From: an uncultured Ruminococcus sp.
GTDB lineage: Bacteria; Bacillota; Clostridia; Oscillospirales; Ruminococcaceae
Direction: 5' to 3'
DNA: 63,974 nucleotides
Assembly: GCA_946530355.1 (NCBI GenBank)
Contig: CAMNAB010000001.1
Span: forward strand, 1 to 63,974
A program made the translations under genes and the position numbers. The notes below the pieces were generated by a model. The model was not told where the DNA came from. It did not search any database and saw only the letters and a program-made list of their open reading frames with translations. The stretch's first letter is position 1; each line of letters opens with the position of its first letter. Shown here one piece after another: positions 58,060 through 63,974 of this stretch.

Positions 58060-59103
58060 ATGTCTGAGACAAGATTTTTGAAAACAACGCTGTTCGGCGG
58101 TTATGACCGCGCCGGTGTTGAAAAGCGTTTTGAATATTTGCTTTCTCAGGTCTACAGCCTGAAAAATGAACTGCGTGAGAGTAAACGCATGCTTGCAGAA
58201 TTTCGGAAGGGTACCGATGCGGAAACCGCTGCTGAGGGCATCCTGAATAACGAACGTGCCAAACTGACACAGGTTCAGGTGCAGCATGAGTCGATGTCCA
58301 AGCGGATTAAGGTTGTCGAGGAAGATTTGCAGGCGAGAAATCAGGAAGTCGAGGAACTCAAAGCAACCATCGCCTCACTTCAGGATGAATTGAATGAGAA
58401 AAATATCCGGCTGAGTGCATTGGAAGCCGAAAATGAAGCCGCTGCACTCGGTGCCGTTTTCATTGAGGCACAGAAATCAGCAAAATTGCTCGTCGAGAAT
58501 GCAAAGAAGGAAGCGGCTGAGCTGGAAGATAATGCAAAGAAACTTGCTGAGAATGTCGTCACCGATGCGAATAATACTGCGAAGAAGATCGTGTTTGATG
58601 CGGAAACAATCTGCGCGGAAAAAACGGCTGCCGCTGAGAATCAGACCGCGCAAATGGAGACTGCTTCCGAAAATCTGCGTGCAACTGTGCTTGCCGATGT
58701 CGAAAAACTGACCGGCGAGATCTCTGCTTTGCAGCAGGTTTTCGATGCGTTCCGCGAAAATGGAATCGAAAAGCTCGCAGAATCTGCAAAATTGCTCGCT
58801 GATACAGAAGAATCGCTGAAAGCAGGCGGTGTGCCCGTGTTCCGGATACCTGAAAGTGTTCAGCCGGAATTGCCCGCAGAACCTGTATATGAGGATGTCA
58901 GCCATAACTATTACAGCGAAGAACCCGATGAGGATGACTCCGAAAAGGAAGAAACCATTCGGGAACTGGAACGGCTTCGTCAGATGGCAGATGCGATCGG
59001 CAAGGACGAAACACCTGCCGAAGCGCCTTCCGATGCACCGGCACAATCCGCTGTTCCGGATCTTGCAGCTCTCGCAGCACAGGCGGCTGCTCTGGAATTT
59101 TGA
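58060..59103 (+). CDS. DivIVA-domain coiled-coil protein
   Basis: N-terminal FLKTTLFGGYDRAGVEKRFEYLLSQV resembles the DivIVA/GpsB N-domain (F...GYD...V..F). About 250 aa of coiled coil and an acidic tail. AGGAGG RBS. Confidence 0.68.
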   Translation: MSETRFLKTTLFGGYDRAGVEKRFEYLLSQVYSLKNELRESKRMLAEFRKGTDAETAAEGILNNERAKLTQVQVQHESMSKRIKVVEEDLQARNQEVEELKATIASLQDELNEKNIRLSALEAENEAAALGAVFIEAQKSAKLLVENAKKEAAELEDNAKKLAENVVTDANNTAKKIVFDAETICAEKTAAAENQTAQMETASENLRATVLADVEKLTGEISALQQVFDAFRENGIEKLAESAKLLADTEESLKAGGVPVFRIPESVQPELPAEPVYEDVSHNYYSEEPDEDDSEKEETIRELERLRQMADAIGKDETPAEAPSDAPAQSAVPDLAALAAQAAALEF

Positions 59104-59241
59104 AAATGACAGATTATAGTTCAGATACGAATTCATCATGGACGTTGTTTGCCGCTGTGATGTGCTGAAGCGGCATGTGATTGGAGATTCAAAACAGAAA
59201 CTCGAAACTGAAAGATGTATCGTTTGGTGAGGAGAATAAAC

Positions 59242-60930
59242 ATGAATGAAGTCATTATTGTAAAGCCGGAGAAATGTGTCGGCTGTAATGCATGTGTGCG
59301 GAAATGTCCTGCACCGGAAGCAAACCGTACCATTGCACTGGATGAAAACCGCTTTATTACAAGCGTCGATCCGGAGCATTGCATTGCCTGCGGAGCTTGT
59401 TTGAGTGCCTGTCAGCATGGCGCGAGAGACTATGTTGACGATACGGAAGATGCGATGGCTGCACTTTCCCATGATAAACTGATTATTATGGTCGCTCCGT
59501 CTATTAAAACGGTGTTCCCTACAAAATGGAAGTCGATTCTCGATTGGTTCCGCAGCAAGGGATGTATTCTCTATGACGTTTCCTTTGGTGCCGATATCTG
59601 CACATGGGCACATCTGCGCGTTTTGGAACACGGCGGAAGCAATAATCTGATTACCCAGCCCTGCTCCGCTGTCGTCAGCTATATCGAGATCTATCAGCCG
59701 AAACTGCTCTCGAATCTTTCCAGAATCCATAGTCCCGTTGCTTGCAGCGTGACCTATGCGAAAAATTATCTGCGCCGGACGGAGCCGATCGCTTTTCTTT
59801 CGCCGTGTATTGCGAAAAAGCGCGAATTTGACGAGACCGGTCTTGTCGAATATAACGTCACCTTTAAGAAATTGATGGAATATTTTGAACGGAACGGCAT
59901 CCGCATCCCGACGGATTCCGATCCGAGTCTTGAATATAAATTTGATGACCAGCAGGGTCTGTTCGGCGGTATTTATTCCCGTCCGGGCGGCTTGCGCGAT
60001 AACCTCTGGCTCCATAATCCGGATCTGCATATCACAACTTCTGAGGGCGCAATGAAAGTGTTCCCGGAACTCGATATGTATGCAAAAATGCCGGAAACAA
60101 AGCATCCGGATATCTTCGATGTGCTCTCTTGTGAGTATGGATGTAATCTCGGACCGGGTACCGGCTCCGATCAGACGATGTTCGATGCGATGACCACGAT
60201 GCATGAGGTCGAGCGCGATGCGAGAAACCGCCGCAAGACCACCGGCGGTGTGTTCCGCGGTACGGAAGACAGACTCTTTAAGCGCTTTGATGAGGAACTG
60301 CGCCTTGCCGATTTCATTCGCAGCTATAAGCCCAGCAAGCCGACACCTGCGCCGACCGATACAGAACTTGCACCTATCTTCGAGATGATGGGCAAGCATA
60401 CGGATGAGGATCGGCACTATGACTGCGGCGCTTGCGGTCATAAAACCTGCCACGGCATGGCGACTGCAATCTACCGCGGTTTGAATACGCCGAATAACTG
60501 CCTTGTGCATGCAAAATCCGTGCTGATCTCCCGCCATTCCGAACTTGCGGAACAGCATGAGAAACTCGGTGAGATCGCGGCGGATTGTCTGGAACTGTCG
60601 GATCGTCTGAGCAAAGATATTGTCGAGATCACGTCGAATCTGACAACGATCGGCGAATCTACCAATGCGACCAGAGAACGTGCCGGCGTTGTGAACGATC
60701 TGCTGAAAAATGTCGTGGCATTCTGCAACAGCAAATCCACGATGGATGCGGACAGCGTCAAGCAGCTCGTCGGAATCCTGGAAACAACGATCAAGGCATT
60801 CGGTGCATTGGATGATAATGTCAGTGTGACCAACAACAGCTCGAATCAGATCAATTCTTCGATCGGTGAGATTCAGCAGCTCGTTGATTCCCTCAATGAA
60901 ACATTGAAGGAAGCCACTAAAAAGAAATAA
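59242..60930 (+). CDS. Sensory-type [FeFe]-hydrogenase homologue (2x[4Fe-4S] ferredoxin + H-cluster domain + Cx2Cx4Cx16C) fused to a coiled-coil output region
   Basis: CVGCNACVRKCP and CIACGACLSACQ. H-cluster motifs TQPCS (for TSCCP), SPCIAKKRE (MPCxxKxxE) and SCEYGCNLGPG (CxxGCxxG). CGACGHKTC-x16-C. C-terminal ~140 aa heptad-rich and N/S/T-rich. Confidence 0.8.
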   Translation: MNEVIIVKPEKCVGCNACVRKCPAPEANRTIALDENRFITSVDPEHCIACGACLSACQHGARDYVDDTEDAMAALSHDKLIIMVAPSIKTVFPTKWKSILDWFRSKGCILYDVSFGADICTWAHLRVLEHGGSNNLITQPCSAVVSYIEIYQPKLLSNLSRIHSPVACSVTYAKNYLRRTEPIAFLSPCIAKKREFDETGLVEYNVTFKKLMEYFERNGIRIPTDSDPSLEYKFDDQQGLFGGIYSRPGGLRDNLWLHNPDLHITTSEGAMKVFPELDMYAKMPETKHPDIFDVLSCEYGCNLGPGTGSDQTMFDAMTTMHEVERDARNRRKTTGGVFRGTEDRLFKRFDEELRLADFIRSYKPSKPTPAPTDTELAPIFEMMGKHTDEDRHYDCGACGHKTCHGMATAIYRGLNTPNNCLVHAKSVLISRHSELAEQHEKLGEIAADCLELSDRLSKDIVEITSNLTTIGESTNATRERAGVVNDLLKNVVAFCNSKSTMDADSVKQLVGILETTIKAFGALDDNVSVTNNSSNQINSSIGEIQQLVDSLNETLKEATKKK

Positions 60931-60949
60931 GTTCTGTATTTCAGAATCA

Positions 60950-60986
60950 ATGCCCCAAAGCAGTGTGCTTCGGGGCATTTTTTTGT
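60950..60986. terminator. Strong rho-independent terminator
   Basis: ATGCCCC-loop-GGGGCAT followed by TTTTTTTGTTT, between convergent genes. Confidence 0.72.
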
Positions 60987-61032
60987 TTCGGATTATCATA
61001 CTTGCCGGATTCTGTGCCCAACCGGATTCCGA

Positions 61033-61563
61033 TTAACAGCTTAAAATGAGTTGCATTGCTTCATTGAGCAGGCGCTCCGGCGGTTTGGTTCCGTCAAGCA
61101 CATAATCGGATGACGGCAATACCGTTTCCAGCGCGTGCAAATAGGCAGGCCGTTCGTATTTTACATAAGCAGCCGCTGCATTGCGAATGTCATCTGCCGA
61201 AGCTTCTTGCAGATCTCGCAGGATCCTGCGTGTCAGTGCGATGTCCAACGGCGTATCCAGAAAGATGCAGCAATCCAGATCGTCCCTTATCATGTTATGC
61301 AGATATGCAAAGGGATAATCCAGCAGCAGATAATCAAAATCCCCGCTGTTTCTGATTTTTTCAATATCTGCTTTCAGCGGCGACAAGTCCCATACCTGAC
61401 AGTCAGCGCCTTCTGACAGCCATTTGCCAAAGTCTTCGACAGCGCCCGCAAACGAATAATCGTCAAAGTGCAGGGATGCCGCCTTTGGCAGACGGGCTTT
61501 CAGCGCATGGACGAGTGTTGTTTTTCCGCCTGCTGTGACGGCTCCGATTGCGATTGTTTTCAT
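61033..61563 (-). CDS. Uridine-kinase-like P-loop NTPase
   Basis: AAGGAG RBS. Walker A IGAVTAGGKTT; about 175 aa, with a small-molecule-kinase-like layout (LLLDYPF, FLDTPLDIALTRR). Confidence 0.68.
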   Translation of the reverse strand: MKTIAIGAVTAGGKTTLVHALKARLPKAASLHFDDYSFAGAVEDFGKWLSEGADCQVWDLSPLKADIEKIRNSGDFDYLLLDYPFAYLHNMIRDDLDCCIFLDTPLDIALTRRILRDLQEASADDIRNAAAAYVKYERPAYLHALETVLPSSDYVLDGTKPPERLLNEAMQLILSC

Positions 61564-61710
61564 GATCTGCTCCTTATAATCCGCTGATTTTCGTATAAAT
61601 GACAGCGTTGTGCAGCCGGAATATTGACAAAAAACGCCGCAGTATTTCCGGATATCCGAAATATTGCGGCGTAGGATTTCATATTCAGTTTGCTTTTGCC
61701 GAATGACCGG

Positions 61711-62496
61711 TTATGTCCCGAAGACAAACGCATGTGCCAATCCAAACCATTCCCGCACCCAATAGGTCGGAAGCAAATACCAGGATGTGTATGCACGGAC
61801 TGCATAGCAATCCGGAAGCTGTTCCCGCTTTGCAAGGTACTGCGCACGCATTTCATGATAACCGTCGGTTGCGATCAACAAACTGCCTGTGATGCCTTGT
61901 TTTTCCAGTATTTCCTTGGAAAACCGCAGATTCTCCGAGGTGGATACAGAACGGTCTTCCATGAGGATCCGTTCTTCTGCGATTCCCATGCGAACCAGTT
62001 CATTCCGCATGCAGGCTGCTTCCGAAATGTCTTCCTGATCGCCCTTTCCGCCGGAAACGACCGCGATCATCTCCGGATTCTGCTCCAGCACGGTTTTCGC
62101 AGCCGCGATGCGGCGGGAGAGCATCAGGCTCGGTACGGTTCCGCGTACTTTACAGCCCAATACGATCACTGCCTGCGGCGTATCGTCCGGCTTTTTATGC
62201 GCTGCGTGTATCATAAAGCAACTGATAATCAGGCAATACAAAACACCGCATACGATGAAAACACCGAGCACTTTCAGCAGGATACCGCCGATTGTTGTCG
62301 AGTTGATCTTATCCAGAAAACCCGATATCTGCCGGTTCCATATTGCAAAAGCCAGAATCACAATGCTGACAGCCAGTCCGAATACATTGCCGATGTTTGT
62401 GATGTGAACCAGCATCGGCAGAAAAAACAGGATGATGCCTGCAAACCCGATCAGAATGAGGATCAGACGCAGAATGTTGTGATCTATGCGAAGCAT
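61711..62496 (-). CDS. YdcF/ElyC/SanA (DUF218) family membrane protein
   Basis: Start at ATG 62496 (MLRIDHN...), 1 nt after the malic enzyme stop. Three to four TM helices, then the DUF218 core (VIVLGCKV, VVSGGKG, STSENLRFS). Confidence 0.78.
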   Translation of the reverse strand: MLRIDHNILRLILILIGFAGIILFFLPMLVHITNIGNVFGLAVSIVILAFAIWNRQISGFLDKINSTTIGGILLKVLGVFIVCGVLYCLIISCFMIHAAHKKPDDTPQAVIVLGCKVRGTVPSLMLSRRIAAAKTVLEQNPEMIAVVSGGKGDQEDISEAACMRNELVRMGIAEERILMEDRSVSTSENLRFSKEILEKQGITGSLLIATDGYHEMRAQYLAKREQLPDCYAVRAYTSWYLLPTYWVREWFGLAHAFVFGT

Positions 62497-62497
62497 A

Positions 62498-63682
62498 TTA
62501 CTGCTCAGAGCAGATGCGTGCAACACCGTCTTTGATCGCTGCTGCTGCGACTGCCTCTGCAACCGCCTGCGCAACCTTCGGGTCGAACGGATTCGGGATG
62601 ACGCATTCCGGACAAAGCTCGCTCTCGGGTACGCAGCTTGCGATTGCTTCTGCTGCTGCGTGCTTCATGCCTTCGGTGATATCCGATGCACGGACGGAAA
62701 GTGCGCCCTTGAAAATGCCGGGAAACGCCAGAACATTGTTGATCTGGTTCGGAAAATCGCTTCTGCCCGTTCCGACGACAAATGCGCCGGCTTCCTTTGC
62801 AAGATCCGGCATGATCTCCGGTGTCGGGTTTGCCATAGCGAAAATAAACGGCTTTTCATTCATGGATTTCACCATTTCCGGCGTGACCAGATTCGGCTTG
62901 GAGACACCGATGAAGACATCGGCACCCTTCATGGCATCTGCCAGTCCGCCGTGGATCTTTTCCTTATTGGTGCGCTTGGAGAGCGAGGTCAGAGCCTCAG
63001 ATGAGAGCTTGTCTCCTTCGCAGACGATGCCCTTCGAATTCAGCATCAGGATATCCTGCACGCCGATGGAAAGCAGCATCTCTGCGATTGCAACACCGGC
63101 AGCGCCTGCACCGTTGATGACGACTTTCAGATCCGAAAGCTGCTTGCCGGCGAGCTTGGATGCGTTCATGATCGCAGCAGATGCGACAACAGCCGTTCCG
63201 TGCTGGTCATCGTGGAATACCGGAATATCAACCATCGTTTTCAGTTTGCGTTCGATCTCAAAGCAGCGCGGTGCAGAAATATCTTCGAGGTTGATGCCGC
63301 CGAAGCTGCCGGCGATCAGAGCAACGGTTTTGCAGAATTCTTCCGGTTCTTTCGTGTCAACACAAAGCGGAATGGCATCGACACCGCCGAATTCCGAGAA
63401 CAATGCGCATTTGCCTTCCATGACCGGCATTGCAGCAAGCGGCCCGATGTCGCCCAGTCCGAGTACAGCCGTACCGTCTGTGATGACAGCAACCAGATTG
63501 TGTCTGCCTGTCAGATCATAAGAAAGCGACGGATTCTTCTGGATCTCCAGACACGGACGCGCTACGCCCGGTGTGTAAGCGATCGAGAGTGCTTCCTTGT
63601 CCTTGATCGCAACTTTTGAACGAATATCCAGCTTGCCGCCCCATTCCTGATGTGCAGCAAGTGCCTGTTCCATAATATCCAT
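62498..63682 (-). CDS. NAD(P)-dependent malic enzyme (short, non-PTA form)
   Basis: LSIAYTPGVARPC, VITDGTAVLGLGDIG, FGGINLEDI and INGAGAAG motifs. ATG 63682 lies 9 nt after AAAGGAG (the first ATG, 63691, abuts the RBS). Confidence 0.9.
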   Translation of the reverse strand: MDIMEQALAAHQEWGGKLDIRSKVAIKDKEALSIAYTPGVARPCLEIQKNPSLSYDLTGRHNLVAVITDGTAVLGLGDIGPLAAMPVMEGKCALFSEFGGVDAIPLCVDTKEPEEFCKTVALIAGSFGGINLEDISAPRCFEIERKLKTMVDIPVFHDDQHGTAVVASAAIMNASKLAGKQLSDLKVVINGAGAAGVAIAEMLLSIGVQDILMLNSKGIVCEGDKLSSEALTSLSKRTNKEKIHGGLADAMKGADVFIGVSKPNLVTPEMVKSMNEKPFIFAMANPTPEIMPDLAKEAGAFVVGTGRSDFPNQINNVLAFPGIFKGALSVRASDITEGMKHAAAEAIASCVPESELCPECVIPNPFDPKVAQAVAEAVAAAAIKDGVARICSEQ

Positions 63683-63738
63683 ATGTAACATCTCCTTTGA
63701 AGTTTTGATATGCCCCCTTATTATATCATATTATGGAG

Positions 63739-63974
63739 AAAAAAGCAATGACCTGACGCACATTTTACACATGTGTATCCGGTGAACTTTAGATCAATTG
63801 CAGCGGGGCATCCCCGCTTATACCACATTATTACGAAAAAAGCAACAATTCACACCTAATTTGCATATTTACATCCAGTGAATTTTCGATCAATTGCAGC
63901 GGGGCTTTCCCGCCGCAGTCCGGAAATCCGATGTGCTCATAATTTTTTTATTTAATTTGCACACACCCGTGCAA
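63739..63974. repeat. About 96-bp tandem intergenic repeat (2 copies plus a partial third, truncated by the window end), each with a GC hairpin
   Basis: GATCAATTGCAGCGGGGC occurs at 63792 and 63888 (period 96 bp). The flanking 40-50 nt also align (aaaaagcaa...atcc.gtgaa.ttt.gatcaattgcagcgggg). Hairpins gcggggcatccccgc and gcggggctttcccgc. A third unit begins at about 63945 (taatttgcacacacccgtgcaa). Confidence 0.6.

Noticed and set aside
60520-60930. Canonical methyl-accepting chemotaxis (MCP) signalling domain at the C-terminus of the hydrogenase-like protein
   Set aside because: The composition is coiled-coil and MCP-like, but I could not find the highly conserved signalling hairpin (…LLALNAAIEAARAGE…). 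I therefore describe it only as an undefined coiled-coil output.
62514-63521. 335-aa plus-strand ORF antisense to the malic enzyme
   Set aside because: This is a Ser/Ala/Thr/Pro-rich shadow of a well-supported gene.
63739-63974. Possible CRISPR array at the window end
   Set aside because: The period is 96 bp, and the 'spacer' portions are themselves homologous between units. No cas genes lie nearby, so this is a tandem repeat and not repeat-spacer architecture.

Overview
This is a 64-kb chromosomal segment from a Gram-positive anaerobe. It looks like Clostridia, probably Oscillospiraceae/Ruminococcus-like, because two secreted CAZymes carry type-I dockerins, RBSs are AGGAGG-type and TTG/GTG starts are frequent. 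All calls rest on reading the ORF track and the DNA by eye (motifs, RBS, promoters, hairpins); no similarity search was run.

About 50 real genes are supported, and most are housekeeping:
- Core metabolism and translation: eno, ppk1, argS, ddl, tex, ispD-ispF, pepD, malic enzyme, MscS.
- Cell division: ftsE-ftsX-M23 peptidase-S41 peptidase.
- Glycan utilisation: a GH2+dockerin and beta-helix/CBM6/dockerin pair, and GH95-GH26-GH130.

I recognised no rRNA, tRNA, CRISPR array, transposase or integrase. Most of the long antisense ORFs in the track are shadows of real genes.

The best candidate for a new system is a five-gene minus-strand operon at about 48.4-54.2 kb:
- It has a perfect TTGACA-17-TATAAT promoter and a leader holding an exact tandem 23-bp repeat next to the RBS.
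- It encodes a Zn-ribbon/LRR protein, an atypical Ser/Thr kinase, a vWA (MIDAS) protein, a PP2C phosphatase and a protein with about 100 aa of ([11 protein letters not shown])n.
- The kinase+vWA+PP2C core matches the computationally predicted, experimentally uncharacterised TerY-P triad. The LRR and Q/G/Y/P-repeat partners appear to be additions.

Secondary items:
- a sensory-type [FeFe]-hydrogenase homologue with a non-canonical coiled-coil output;
- a binding-protein lipoprotein coupled to a degenerate GGDEF (TGNEF) membrane sensor;
- a structured leader or sRNA behind a consensus promoter;
- a CASTOR/POLLUX-like tandem-RCK membrane protein divergent from an RHH-like gene plus an unannotated 27-aa membrane peptide;
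- an alpha/beta hydrolase whose nucleophile Ser is Ala;
- a 96-bp tandem intergenic repeat running off the window end.
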